A DNA stretch of 64,000 nt, taken from an uncultured Candidatus Saccharibacteria bacterium. Lineage in GTDB: Bacteria > Patescibacteriota > Minisyncoccia > Phycocordibacterales > CAIZLB01. The stretch is taken from positions 14,384 to 78,383 of the forward strand of contig CAYVEK010000002.1 in assembly GCA_964450605.1 (NCBI GenBank), given 5' to 3'. The position numbers and the translations under genes are program-made. Within the stretch, counting starts at the first letter, position 1. The number at the start of each line of letters is the position of its first letter. A model generated the notes under the pieces. That model ran no database searches. It was not told the DNA's origin and saw nothing but the letters and a program-made list of their open reading frames with translations. Positions 20,286 through 29,922 of this stretch are shown here, one piece after another.

Positions 20286-22073
20286 TTATCTATCCGGCGG
20301 TATCTCATAATATTGAATCAAAAAGTCACTTAAGTCAAGAAAACTGTTTGCCAGTGACTCTGAGGCATATTGTGAGGTTTTTGGATATATGGTGTACATA
20401 AACACTATGACTTTTGGCTTATAGGCTGGGAAAAAACCTATAAATGTATGTATATTCCTGTCGTCATAGTATCCCCCATTTGGTGAAGCTATCTGAGCAG
20501 TTCCTGTTTTTGCCCCAATAGAATAATGAGGGTTTTTACGTTTACCATCAAGTAGTGAGTGATCAACGTTGTATACGAGCATTCGACGAACCTCATCGAC
20601 CGTATCTGGTTTGAGTAATCTGTTTTTATCTGAAAACTCAACAATCTCAAACTCCTTCTCGGTTCCAATAGAGTATTTTATCTTCTTAGTTACATGAGGT
20701 TTAACCAGATATCCACCATTTGCTATGATTGCCAAACTTCGAATCGTACCAACCGGAGTCATAGCAATACCCTGCCCAAAAGATGCAGTGGCATGCTCTA
20801 CATCACCCTTTTTAAGGTTTTGAGTAAGTGGTGCTGATTCATCAGGTAGGTCTATTAGAGTTTTTTCACCAAGTCCAAATTTATAAAAATAATCTGTCAG
20901 AGTATCGTTACCAACAAGTTTTGCAATGTACACAAATCCAGTGTTTAGAGATTTTGAAAGAGCTGTTTGCATTGATATGTCTCCTCTACCCTTGTGATCA
21001 AAGTTGTATATGGTTCTGTCTCTTACTTTTACAAAACCTTCATCTCGATAGATCGAATCAGCATGAACTTTTCCGGTATCTATTCCAACAGCCATAGTTA
21101 ATGGTTTGATAATAGATCCCATTTCATGAGATGCAGAAACCATATCATTGTTATATACAGATATATCTTTTACTTTTTTTGTCTGACCTGGATCAAAAGA
21201 TGGTGTTTGAGCCATTGCCAATATCTCACCTGTGTATGGATCCATGATGATAGCTCCTGTCAAAGTAGACATTTCTTTACTTTGTATACGAGCAATAGTT
21301 TTTTGTAGTTCTTTTTGAACAACTGGCTCTATGGTTGTATAGATATCTCCCTCAAATTTTTCTTTATCTGAAACTATTTTTTTTGCACCAGAAAACAGAT
21401 CAGCAAAAAAGTTTGTATAGGCTGATTGTTTTCGTACCAGATTGTCTTGATACAATTTTTCCAAACCATATCGACCAGCAAGGGTATTTTCTTTATATCC
21501 AAGTATACCTATAACATGTGAGGCCAAATCTCCTCCTGGATAATATCTCTTCTTTTCTTTTACAAATCCTAAAAAGTTAAGATTGAGAGCTTTAAATTTC
21601 TCTACATCTTCCTCTTCTACATTTTTAAATAACTCCTCGTATGTATCATTTTGTTTTTGAATAATACTTGCAACTTCAACCCCTGGAACTACTTCTGAAC
21701 TTGTTGCAAGACTCAATATAGACGATAGTTTCTTTTGTAGCGTCTCAAGCGCCAGATTTTGATCTTGTATAGGACCAGTATCACCGTTGTACTTACCAGC
21801 CTTAACTTGAGTAAAAAAAGATTTTGGATTTATGTAGACAGTGTAAACTGACTTCATGGTTGCAGCGGGCACAGCATCACCGTCTTTGGTTGTAAAGTAA
21901 ATAGCCCCCCTATCATCAGGCGCATTGCTTTTCTTGATATATTGTCGATCGGCGATATCTCGATACACTTGATGTTTTACAACTTGTACGATATATAACT
22001 TAGCGATCAAAAATAAACCAAGACAAACAAACAAAAGAGAAATAATTCGTGCTCGAGTACTGTATGTCTGCAT
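20286..22073 (-). CDS. ftsI: Class B penicillin-binding protein (FtsI/PBP2-type transpeptidase)
   Basis: 595 aa. N-terminal TM, transpeptidase motifs SIIK (SxxK), SLN (SxN), KTGTA (KTG). Positioned in the dcw cluster. Confidence 0.8.
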   Translation of the reverse strand: MQTYSTRARIISLLFVCLGLFLIAKLYIVQVVKHQVYRDIADRQYIKKSNAPDDRGAIYFTTKDGDAVPAATMKSVYTVYINPKSFFTQVKAGKYNGDTGPIQDQNLALETLQKKLSSILSLATSSEVVPGVEVASIIQKQNDTYEELFKNVEEEDVEKFKALNLNFLGFVKEKKRYYPGGDLASHVIGILGYKENTLAGRYGLEKLYQDNLVRKQSAYTNFFADLFSGAKKIVSDKEKFEGDIYTTIEPVVQKELQKTIARIQSKEMSTLTGAIIMDPYTGEILAMAQTPSFDPGQTKKVKDISVYNNDMVSASHEMGSIIKPLTMAVGIDTGKVHADSIYRDEGFVKVRDRTIYNFDHKGRGDISMQTALSKSLNTGFVYIAKLVGNDTLTDYFYKFGLGEKTLIDLPDESAPLTQNLKKGDVEHATASFGQGIAMTPVGTIRSLAIIANGGYLVKPHVTKKIKYSIGTEKEFEIVEFSDKNRLLKPDTVDEVRRMLVYNVDHSLLDGKRKNPHYSIGAKTGTAQIASPNGGYYDDRNIHTFIGFFPAYKPKVIVFMYTIYPKTSQYASESLANSFLDLSDFLIQYYEIPPDR

Positions 22074-22092
22074 ACGATATAACTATATCACA

Positions 22093-22407
22093 TTAGCGCA
22101 TTGCCAAAGCTGTTTCTTCACCTGTCTCAACATACGCAATCTGATCAGCTGGGACTGACACATATCCTACTGATTGCGCATATGAAAGATTGATATCTGA
22201 GACAGATTCTATATATGAATGTTCTTTTTCGCTTACTGCAACTTGAGCTTTTTGTAGAGATGTTTTGGTTGATTCTATATTTGAAGCAACAAGAACTGTG
22301 TTATATACAAAGAAAATATAAGAACCTACACCAAGTAAAACCATTGCAAGAAGAGCTACATTCGCTTTAGCTATTCGTACAGTATTTTTCTTTGATATTT
22401 TTTTCAT
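22093..22407 (-). CDS. FtsL-like cell-division protein (single TM + coiled coil); start assumed at MKKISKK
   Basis: Small bitopic protein between rsmH and ftsI, the expected ftsL position. No sequence motif beyond the topology. Confidence 0.35.
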   Translation of the reverse strand: MKKISKKNTVRIAKANVALLAMVLLGVGSYIFFVYNTVLVASNIESTKTSLQKAQVAVSEKEHSYIESVSDINLSYAQSVGYVSVPADQIAYVETGEETALAMR

Positions 22408-22432
22408 AAATGTATAATGTGTTATTTGATAA

Positions 22433-23413
22433 TTATTTCTTTTCAAAAACTCTAAACTTTGCGCTTCTAGATCTTGGGTTTTTAGATATCTCTTCTTCAG
22501 TTGGAACTAAAACTTTTTTAGTAATCCGTTTACCTGTAGAGTCATCTTCCCATTGTTTAAACTTGCGCTTAGTCACCATGTCTTCAAGACTGTGGTAACT
22601 TATCACTCCGATACGCCCTCCTGGTTCAAGGAGTTCCAACACGTCATCCAAAACCTTATCTAAGATCTCAATCTCTTTATTTACGGCTATTCGAAGAGCT
22701 TGAAATGTCTTTGTTGCTGGATGAATACCTGTTTTTTTGTTTACTCCAAGAACTTCAACTATCAGATCCGCAAGCTGTTTTGAACTCTTGATCGGACCAT
22801 GAGTTGTTCTTTTGCTCTCTATAGCTTGTGCTATTTTCCAAGCTCTTGATTCATCGGCATAATTTTTCAAGATCAGAGATATTGTTTCTACTGACCAGTG
22901 ATTAACTATGTCATAAGCTGTAAACTCTTCAGCTGATGTTCCAAGTACAGGATCTGAGTTGAACCTCATATCGAGATCCTCATCATATTTGAATGAAAAA
23001 CCTCTTCCTGAAGGACTCAACTGATACGTACTTAGACCTAGATCAAAGAGAACACTTGTAAACCTTATATCTGCATCAACCAATTGTTTAATATGCTCAA
23101 AGTTTCCTTTGTGAATATGTATATGGTCAATATCGATATTTTTGTTTTTATCCAAGAAAGACAGACCTCTATCAATCGCATGTTGATCTGCATCAACTGC
23201 ATGTATCTCCATCTTGTAACCCGAAGCTTTTGCTGTTTCGGCAAAATACTCAGTATGCCCAGCATCTCCGAAATTACAATCAAGATGACAAAGTTTTTTT
23301 CCTGGATATTGTTTTGCAACTTCTTGAACCAGGTATGTATATGTTTCGTGTAAAAGAACTGGGATGTGTCGAGGATGAATCTGTATATCTAAATGTGTTT
23401 CTGTATTTTTCAT
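22433..23413 (-). CDS. rsmH: 16S rRNA (cytosine1402-N4)-methyltransferase RsmH
   Basis: 326 aa. HIPVLLHE, AdoMet-binding D.N.G..GH, and C-terminal domain. Confidence 0.85.
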   Translation of the reverse strand: MKNTETHLDIQIHPRHIPVLLHETYTYLVQEVAKQYPGKKLCHLDCNFGDAGHTEYFAETAKASGYKMEIHAVDADQHAIDRGLSFLDKNKNIDIDHIHIHKGNFEHIKQLVDADIRFTSVLFDLGLSTYQLSPSGRGFSFKYDEDLDMRFNSDPVLGTSAEEFTAYDIVNHWSVETISLILKNYADESRAWKIAQAIESKRTTHGPIKSSKQLADLIVEVLGVNKKTGIHPATKTFQALRIAVNKEIEILDKVLDDVLELLEPGGRIGVISYHSLEDMVTKRKFKQWEDDSTGKRITKKVLVPTEEEISKNPRSRSAKFRVFEKK

Positions 23414-23425
23414 AACGATTGATTG

Positions 23426-23881
23426 CTATATCGCACCAGTTTCTCCCAGTTTGGCAGCCAATTGGTCAACCTTTTTGAGAACTTGAGCTTTATAGTCTTT
23501 CCATTTTGTTTCTTCCCAGATTTCAATACGATTGTGAATACCTGCAAAGACTAATTTTTGAGAACCTTTTTTGTCAGCTGATGAAAGTCCTGTGTATTCT
23601 CTTAGAAAATCTGGAATAAGAATACGACCGGCACTATCCACCTCAACTTCAACAGCACCACCAAACATAAATCTATTGAACGCTCGAGAATCTGGATTTC
23701 CTAAAGACAGATCCCCAAATGTCGCGGCTTTTTTATTCCACTCAGATAATGTAAACATAAACAAACAGTTGTCGAAGCCGTATGTTACTATCACTTTCTT
23801 TCCAAGCTCCTTTCGAAACTTTGAAGGAAGTGATAGTCGTTTTTTTTCATCTAATGTGTGTGTAAATTCGCCAATAAACAT
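23426..23881 (-). CDS. mraZ: Transcriptional regulator MraZ
   Basis: Start at MFIGEFTHTLDEKKRLSLPSKFRKEL (cf. E. coli MFRGATLVNLDSKGRLSVP). Two MraZ repeats. The longer ORF (to 23944) would overlap the operator repeats. Confidence 0.85.
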   Translation of the reverse strand: MFIGEFTHTLDEKKRLSLPSKFRKELGKKVIVTYGFDNCLFMFTLSEWNKKAATFGDLSLGNPDSRAFNRFMFGGAVEVEVDSAGRILIPDFLREYTGLSSADKKGSQKLVFAGIHNRIEIWEETKWKDYKAQVLKKVDQLAAKLGETGAI

Positions 23882-23900
23882 ATGCTTTTTTGTGGTTTTA

Positions 23901-23940
23901 CCACTTTGTCCCACTTGATACCATTTTATACCACTTTGAG
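23901..23940 (-). promoter_or_regulatory. MraZ-type operator: four tandem 10-bp-spaced direct repeats (plus strand CCACTT; minus strand AAGTGG), with further copies to ~23967
   Basis: ccactttgtc / ccacttgata / ccattttata / ccactttgag at exact 10-nt phase, 20-60 nt upstream of the mraZ start. MraZ is known to bind GTGG-type direct repeats spaced by one helical turn. Confidence 0.55.
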
Positions 23941-24045
23941 ACATTTGGAAACACTTCTACCCCACTTTTTATTGTGGATAGTGTATTAAAAAACACCGAC
24001 AGGTTTTTGTCGATGGTTTTTACTACAAAAGCTTTATTTATTAGA

Positions 24046-24750
24046 CTATTTTCGATTATTAACTGCTTTGTCTTTGGAGTTTGGTCCACCTAAAGATTTA
24101 TTGGTTGTATCCTGGCCATTTTCAAAAGTTTTAAGCGTCTTAATCAAAGCCCCTTCAGGCCCTTCGTTTTCAAGCTCACGATCTGCCTTCCAATTACAAG
24201 CTTTAGATCCATCATACTTTGCAAGATCAGCTTTTTTAACATAACCAATTATTTTATGAACACTACTTACTCTCTCTACTGTTTTATATTCTGGACCTTT
24301 ATACTGATCTATAACCTGCATTTCATACAGAGGATAGCAAAACTTTTCTCCCTCTTTACAAAAATCAACATTTTGCAGTTCAGGTTTTGTAGGATATCTC
24401 ACCTTGTTAATATCATCCATTCTCTTTTTATCAGGATTTATTTTTGCAAGATAGGTTTGATACGTACAAAACATACCTTGTTTTGCTCCTTTTTTTGCAG
24501 CCTCATCTCCAACATAATCGCAGGCTGTTTTTTTAATACAGTTTCCTATAAAACCCATATCTTCCATGTATGATTGTCTGTCCATCTCCATTTCTTTTTC
24601 TATATCAGCAGGTGTTTTTACTGTCACTTCAGGTCGAGCAACAGCAGCCGCCATGAGTTCATCTGCATTAATATTTGTCTTTTTTAAACTTAAATGTATT
24701 GTTGTTGCAACAGCAGTTACAAGTACTGCTGCGAGTATATATTTTTTCAT
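24046..24750 (-). CDS. Secreted Cys-rich hypothetical protein
   Basis: 234 aa. Signal peptide MKKYILAAVLVTAVATT; ~10 Cys; Lys-rich C-terminus. Confidence 0.5.
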   Translation of the reverse strand: MKKYILAAVLVTAVATTIHLSLKKTNINADELMAAAVARPEVTVKTPADIEKEMEMDRQSYMEDMGFIGNCIKKTACDYVGDEAAKKGAKQGMFCTYQTYLAKINPDKKRMDDINKVRYPTKPELQNVDFCKEGEKFCYPLYEMQVIDQYKGPEYKTVERVSSVHKIIGYVKKADLAKYDGSKACNWKADRELENEGPEGALIKTLKTFENGQDTTNKSLGGPNSKDKAVNNRK

Positions 24751-24794
24751 ACACTAATTATCACACCCAAATACAATCAGTGCAAGGCAAGACT

Positions 24795-25451
24795 CTACCC
24801 AAACACCACCATATACTCCAACACATATTTTATAAGTACACTCTGCTGTTGCAAAAGCACTATAACCTCAGATAAGACCGCTCGTGATTCTGGTTCTGTT
24901 GCTTGCGCATACATACGAGAAACCCAAGATACTATATCTTGTTTTGTAATCTTTTCATCATCATATGCTTTGATGATAGGTTTAATCATATCAAGTCTCT
25001 TCGCTCGAACCTGCTCAGCTTGAAGTTTTTTGTATGTAAAAAATACTGGATTGAGTTCTTTGACTTCCCCTTCAGCTTTTATAGCAACCACTCGGGATAT
25101 AACTGTTGCCAGCAGAGTTGTCTGATCTGAGACATATAGACAAATACAAGTATCAAGCGCTATATCTTCTAGTGTTTTTAGAAATGCATTTTGTGCCGGT
25201 AGAGACATTTGATCAAAAACCAAAAATACAACCTTAACCTCAGATGAAGCCTTTCGCTGTATCTGTTCTATCGCATAGTGAACATCTTCTATACCCATCG
25301 ATTCACCTGAAAGACAAATAGTGTCTGAATAATTAAAAAAATTATTACTTTGAAGTAAAGCAACTCTGTCTAAAAAAGGCAGTGCTGAATGCACAAGCAA
25401 AACTTCACCCCCTGCTATTCGTTGTTTAAATGTAGTATCAGTGTATATCAT
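24795..25451 (-). CDS. holB: DNA polymerase III delta-prime-like clamp-loader subunit (degenerate)
   Basis: 218 aa. QNAFLKTLED (cf. ANALLKTLEEP) and TVISRV (SRC-like) motifs. No intact P-loop. Confidence 0.5.
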   Translation of the reverse strand: MIYTDTTFKQRIAGGEVLLVHSALPFLDRVALLQSNNFFNYSDTICLSGESMGIEDVHYAIEQIQRKASSEVKVVFLVFDQMSLPAQNAFLKTLEDIALDTCICLYVSDQTTLLATVISRVVAIKAEGEVKELNPVFFTYKKLQAEQVRAKRLDMIKPIIKAYDDEKITKQDIVSWVSRMYAQATEPESRAVLSEVIVLLQQQSVLIKYVLEYMVVFG

Positions 25452-25459
25452 GGATATGA

Positions 25460-26473
25460 TTAACGTTTACTAATAATAGCCTTCTTGTACGCGTCGAGAT
25501 GGTCGAGCGCGATACCTGTACCTTTTACAACACAGTATAGTGCGTCTTCAGCTGTATGAGCCTTTACACCAGTTCGACGAAATACAAGTTCTGGAAGATT
25601 TCGCAATAGAGATGAACCCCCTGTCATAGTTATACCTTGATCAATGATATCAGAGGCAAGTTCTGGCGGAGTCTCTTGCAATACATCTTTGATCGCTTTG
25701 ATCATATCTCGAAGTTCTTTTGATATAGCTTTTACGATCTCATTTGTACGAAGCTCTATAGAACGAGGAAGTCCTGTGACATAATCACGACCTTTGACCA
25801 TAACAGCAAGCTCTTCTTCTACAGGAACGGCAGAGCCTATCTTTATCTTTATATCTTCAGCTGTTTTTTCACCGATAGCGAGGTTATATGTTTTCTTAAT
25901 ATAATCAACAATCGCTATATCAAGACGATTTCCAGCACACTTAACTGAAGTACATACAACAATACCTCCGAGAGATATAACGGCAACATCGGTCGTTCCA
26001 CCACCGATGTCTACTATCATATTTCCGCACGGATCTTGTATAGATATACCCGCACCTATAGCGGCCAGGATAGGCTCTTTGACAACATATGCTTCTTTTG
26101 CCCCAGCTTTTATAGCAGCCTCTATAACCGCTCGTCTTTCAGTCGAAGTTACTCCAGCAGGTACAGATATCATCACCTCTGGACTTATAAGATTCCATTT
26201 TCCAAGAGCTTTATGTATAAAATACCGCAACATTGCTTCGGTCACACGATAATCAGCAATCACCCCATCTCTCATAGGTCTATAGGCAATGATTGAATCT
26301 GGAGTTTTTCCAATCATCTCTTTAGCGTCGAGTCCTACTGCCAAGATCTGATTATCATCTTCAGAAACAGCAACAACAGAAGGCTCATTTAAAACAATCC
26401 CTCTTCCGGGCATGAATACCAAGGTGTTGGCAGTACCCAAGTCTATACCGAGTTTTTTGGAAAAAATGGCCAT
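25460..26473 (-). CDS. mreB: Rod-shape-determining protein MreB
   Basis: 337 aa. Actin-fold motifs GIDLGTANT and DIGGGTTD. Confidence 0.9.
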   Translation of the reverse strand: MAIFSKKLGIDLGTANTLVFMPGRGIVLNEPSVVAVSEDDNQILAVGLDAKEMIGKTPDSIIAYRPMRDGVIADYRVTEAMLRYFIHKALGKWNLISPEVMISVPAGVTSTERRAVIEAAIKAGAKEAYVVKEPILAAIGAGISIQDPCGNMIVDIGGGTTDVAVISLGGIVVCTSVKCAGNRLDIAIVDYIKKTYNLAIGEKTAEDIKIKIGSAVPVEEELAVMVKGRDYVTGLPRSIELRTNEIVKAISKELRDMIKAIKDVLQETPPELASDIIDQGITMTGGSSLLRNLPELVFRRTGVKAHTAEDALYCVVKGTGIALDHLDAYKKAIISKR

Positions 26474-26551
26474 GTGTAGCTACTATACACCATAGATTGG
26501 ACCTAAAACCAGTATCGAAAAATATAAAAATATGTTGTATAATGTTAGTAT

Positions 26552-26866
26552 ATGAAAAATTTTATACAAGAATTCAAAGCTTTTGCCATGAAAGGAAATG
26601 TTCTAGACCTTGCTGTTGCAGTGGTTCTTGGAGCAGCTTTTGGCAAGATAGTAACCTCAGCGGTTGAAGATATCATCACACCACTTATTGGAATGATTGG
26701 ACAATTTGATTTTGGAACACTTATGTGGGGTCAAATGAAGATCGGATTATTCTTAAATAATGTCGTGAACTTTATCATCGTTGCCTTTTCTATCTTTGTA
26801 GCCGTAAAAGCATTGAACAAACTTACAAAACGAGATGCTGGATCAACTGGATCTGCGAATCAATAA
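26552..26866 (+). CDS. mscL: Large-conductance mechanosensitive channel MscL
   Basis: 104 aa. N-terminus [34 protein letters not shown] is classic MscL. Confidence 0.85.
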   Translation: MKNFIQEFKAFAMKGNVLDLAVAVVLGAAFGKIVTSAVEDIITPLIGMIGQFDFGTLMWGQMKIGLFLNNVVNFIIVAFSIFVAVKALNKLTKRDAGSTGSANQ

Positions 26867-28210
26867 ATTATTTCGGGCTGAGATATAAAATATAAAACCA
26901 CTCACCCAAGAACTTATCAAAAATGCTATCGCAAGCACTTCTGTGGTAAACACAGGAGTGTTTTGCCATTGTATGTAGAGACTAAATGATAAACCTATAG
27001 TTAATGCTGTTCCGAAAATATTTAGTACTGCTGGTTTTTTTGTATTACCTACCGCATAAAAACCTCTCGTCACAAACATCTTTACACACTGTGGCACTAG
27101 TGCGAGTGTAAATATTCCGAACGTATTTATAATAAGTTTAAGTGAAAGTGCATCAAATGATGAACTGCCGAGAAGTACATGTACCACCAAATCTCTCAAC
27201 AGAAACAGTCCTGCAGTTCCAGCAATAGACCAAAACAATATAGTTCGCATGGTTGTGTTAAACACTCTCCTAAACTCGACATATTCACCTTCAGCATGTG
27301 TACGACTCAGTGTTGGAAATGATGCAATAACTAAACTAACACCGATAAGAGTTACAGGAACTCCTTGTATGTTATTTGCCAAGTTGAACAAAGACGCACT
27401 TCCCTCTGACATGTGCGATGTTAGACTGTTCAAATATAAAAATTCTATCTGAACTAGAGAGAGTATAATCGCTCGTGGTATAGACTGTGTAATAACTTCT
27501 TTCACTAAACGTAATTCATGTTTAGTGATCTTTTTAAATGCAGGTAGAAAGTTTTCTTTATGGATAAACGGCAACTGTATCAAGCCGTGCAATATACTTC
27601 CAAACACAACTGCAGATATAACTCCTGCCATGCCGAACTTTGGGTACAAAAATATCAAACCAAGAACTGTTGTGGCGTTATATATAAATGGAGAGCATGC
27701 ATATAGTAGAAACCGTTCTTTAAGCTGGGTATATGACCCGAGAAGATTTGAGAGACCTAAGAAAAATGGCTGTAACAGCAATATACGTGAGTACAAGACT
27801 ATCTTTGATACAACTTCAGGGTCAGTTATACCTGGAGCCACTATATGCATAAGTTGTGGCATGAGTGCACAAACTATAAGTATCAGTATAGAAGCACCTA
27901 CACAAAATACAGTAAATAAAATACTATAGACATGCCTCATTTCTCCGGATTCTGTATTTTTATGCTTACTCAAAAGTGGAATAAGAACAGTAAGAGATAC
28001 GAGAGCTGAGAATACGGCAAACAATATATCAGGAATCTTAAAGGCAAAATAATACGTATCAAGCTCAACACCGACACCTACCTGTGATGCAAACAGTCGA
28101 TCTCGGACCAAAGACAGTAGTTGTGCGCCAAATGTAAATATCGCCAATATGATAGCGCCTTGTGAAATTGACTTTGACCGATGGTGAAGAAGTTTATGAA
28201 TACGCTTCAT
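26843..28210 (-). CDS. murJ: Lipid II flippase MurJ (MOP superfamily)
   Basis: 455 aa, ~14 TM. MurJ-like N-terminus ([24 protein letters not shown]...FKIPD). Confidence 0.8.
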   Translation of the reverse strand: MKRIHKLLHHRSKSISQGAIILAIFTFGAQLLSLVRDRLFASQVGVGVELDTYYFAFKIPDILFAVFSALVSLTVLIPLLSKHKNTESGEMRHVYSILFTVFCVGASILILIVCALMPQLMHIVAPGITDPEVVSKIVLYSRILLLQPFFLGLSNLLGSYTQLKERFLLYACSPFIYNATTVLGLIFLYPKFGMAGVISAVVFGSILHGLIQLPFIHKENFLPAFKKITKHELRLVKEVITQSIPRAIILSLVQIEFLYLNSLTSHMSEGSASLFNLANNIQGVPVTLIGVSLVIASFPTLSRTHAEGEYVEFRRVFNTTMRTILFWSIAGTAGLFLLRDLVVHVLLGSSSFDALSLKLIINTFGIFTLALVPQCVKMFVTRGFYAVGNTKKPAVLNIFGTALTIGLSFSLYIQWQNTPVFTTEVLAIAFLISSWVSGFIFYISARNNLLIRRSS

Positions 28211-28239
28211 TTGACATTTATTATATCTTTTTGTATAAA
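28211..28239 (+). promoter_or_regulatory. Near-consensus sigma70 promoter for rnpB
   Basis: TTGACA (28211-28216), 17-nt spacer, TATAAA (28234-28239). Predicted TSS ~28246-28247 coincides with the 5' strand of the predicted RNase P P1 helix. Confidence 0.6.
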
Positions 28240-28246
28240 TAATCAG

Positions 28247-28619
28247 CCTTTGTATACAGACAATCGCCGTGTATGTGGAACTGTTATATACAGAATATCA
28301 CATATATAGAGGAAAGTCCGAACACTCCCACGAAAGTGGAGGCTTGTAGCAGGTAATACCTGCCTGTGGTGACACAGAGGTGCGAACAGTGACGGATAGA
28401 AGCGAAAGCGTCTATCACCCTGCCCCGAGGGTAATCCAAGCGTGCGAATGCCAGGTGCTTGGAGTGAAACGGCTAAATCCTTACATGAGTGCAAGATCGT
28501 GTGCGTAGTCGAAAGACATGCGTAAGAATCGCTAGAGGTATAAGGCGACTTATATCCGAGACAAATGATTGTCGTATCGAGCAATCGATATACAGAATTC
28601 GGCTTATAGTATACAGAGG
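28247..28619 (+). ncRNA. rnpB: RNase P RNA (bacterial type, compact)
   Basis: P4 motif GGAAAGTCCG at 28311; 3' conserved ACAGAAtTCGGCTTA at 28591-28606; 11-bp P1 helix cctttgtatac (28247-28257) / gtatacagagg (28609-28619); internal GNRA-type loops. Confidence 0.8.
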
Positions 28620-28625
28620 TTAATA

Positions 28626-28662
28626 AAAATACCAAACTAAATTAAAAAGTTTGGTATTTTTA
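28626..28662 (+). terminator. Intrinsic terminator of rnpB
   Basis: aaaataccaaact-aaattaaaa-agtttggtatttt followed by a T-run. Confidence 0.7.
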
Positions 28663-28703
28663 TATTGTTATTGTATCTGCGCTCGATCTTTGCTATAGTC
28701 ACA

Positions 28704-28851
28704 CTGTGTTCGGGAGGTTTAAAACAATCGACAACATAAATCTCCTGAACACAGCCACTTCGAGTGAAGATGGCAAAACCTGGATGCAGGAAACGTGTTG
28801 TTGGTCTGGTCGGTACCATCCACAACAAATTCCTGCATCCGGGATTTTTTT
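28704..28851 (+). promoter_or_regulatory. Structured leader / candidate cis-regulatory RNA: two tandem long hairpins, the second ending in a U-tract 15 nt before the ATG at 28866
   Basis: Hairpin 1 ctgtgttcgggagg (28704-28717) / ctcctgaacacag (28742-28754). Hairpin 2 cctggatgcaggaaacgtgttgttgg (28779-28804) / ccacaacaaattcctgcatccggg (28820-28843), then TTTTTTT. Confidence 0.35.
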
Positions 28852-28865
28852 GTTATACTTAAACC

Positions 28866-29360
28866 ATGTTCCAAAAAGTGATCTTTATATTTCTCATACT
28901 AGGTTTATCATTCTTTTTATACCTACTCAAAACTGGAGAGATAAATCAAGAAAAATTTAATATTAAAAATTTTCAAAAACCTGTTCATTTTGAAATCAAA
29001 AAAGATGTTTCCAAAGATGATCTTGGAAACAGTATCTCTGATATAAAACTTGTTATTAATTCTGTTGAATATCCTATCTATAGTTTTATAAAAAGTGAAT
29101 TTACACAGGTACCTCGCATGGCTTATCCTGAGAAAAAGTTTTTGATTCCTGGTTATGCGAAAGATGCAGTAAGTGGTACTTGGCTTGGTACTCGGTATAC
29201 ATTTTACGTAACAGAAGATAAAACAGAAGCAGGAACTACATATCGTGTATATAGATCAATACAACCAAGCGATAGTACACAAGAGCCAACATACTCTATG
29301 GTAAAAGATATAACTCTTGAGAAAAAGAAAAATACAGAGAGCGATGCTCCGCTGTATTAG
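28866..29360 (+). CDS. Hypothetical secreted/membrane-anchored protein
   Basis: 164 aa. N-terminal hydrophobic segment VIFIFLILGLSFFLYLL. Confidence 0.5.
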   Translation: MFQKVIFIFLILGLSFFLYLLKTGEINQEKFNIKNFQKPVHFEIKKDVSKDDLGNSISDIKLVINSVEYPIYSFIKSEFTQVPRMAYPEKKFLIPGYAKDAVSGTWLGTRYTFYVTEDKTEAGTTYRVYRSIQPSDSTQEPTYSMVKDITLEKKKNTESDAPLY

Positions 29361-29380
29361 TCTTTCTTTACTGTTGTAGA

Positions 29381-29845
29381 TTATACAAACAAATCGTCTA
29401 CTGCTTTTTTAACAACTGTTCCGTCGGCCTTCCCTTTTAGATCTTTCATGATCTCTGCCATCAATCGTCCTACATCTTTTTTATCTGTTATACCAAGTTC
29501 AGCTTTTTTAGCTTCAACATGTTTTTTAACATCTTCTTCACTCATAAGAGCTGGGAGTAGAACTTCTAGATACTTTAACTCTTCTTGTTCAATGTCAGCA
29601 AGATCTTGTCGTCCTCCAGCTATAAACTGCTCAATAGCATCTTTTCGCTGTTTAACTTGTCGTCGGATAACAGCAATAGTTTCTTCATCGTTTAATGTAT
29701 CCTGAGGCATACGACCTTTAGCTACAAGTTCATTCGTACAAGCAGCTGAAAGGTTTCGCATTACAGAAAGACGAGTTGCGTCTTTTGCAAGCATTGCTTC
29801 TTTGATTTGTGCCTTAATAGAGGCAAATAATGTTGTTTCTGTCAT
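29381..29845 (-). CDS. yqeY: GatB/YqeY-domain protein
   Basis: 154 aa. IKAQIKEAMLAKDATRLSVMRNL...IRRQVKQRKDAIEQF is typical YqeY. Confidence 0.7.
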   Translation of the reverse strand: MTETTLFASIKAQIKEAMLAKDATRLSVMRNLSAACTNELVAKGRMPQDTLNDEETIAVIRRQVKQRKDAIEQFIAGGRQDLADIEQEELKYLEVLLPALMSEEDVKKHVEAKKAELGITDKKDVGRLMAEIMKDLKGKADGTVVKKAVDDLFV

Positions 29846-29873
29846 GTGGGCAGTATAGCATAGATATGACTCA

Positions 29874-29918
29874 AAAACACCCAGCTTTTGATAAAAAGCT
29901 GGGTGTTTTTTTGTTTTT
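29874..29918 (-). terminator. Intrinsic terminator after rpoC (palindromic, usable from both strands)
   Basis: aaaaacacccagcttttt-gat-aaaaagctgggtgttttttt. Confidence 0.65.
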
Positions 29919-29922
29919 TACT

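Noticed and set aside
23882-23944. N-terminal 21-codon extension of the mraZ ORF
   Set aside because: The extension is filled by the 10-bp-phased operator repeats. The conserved MraZ N-terminus (MFIGEF..) starts at 23881.
26535-26543. TGTATAAT -10-like element 9 nt before the mscL start
   Set aside because: It leaves no room for a 5'-UTR or SD and has no clear -35, so it is too ambiguous to call a promoter. Similar reasoning applies to the TGgTATACT before the 57746 acyltransferase.
28243-28635. 130-aa minus-strand ORF from the six-frame track
   Set aside because: It lies entirely within the RNase P RNA gene (conserved P4 and 3' motifs, P1 helix, promoter and terminator all on the plus strand), so it is a spurious reading frame.
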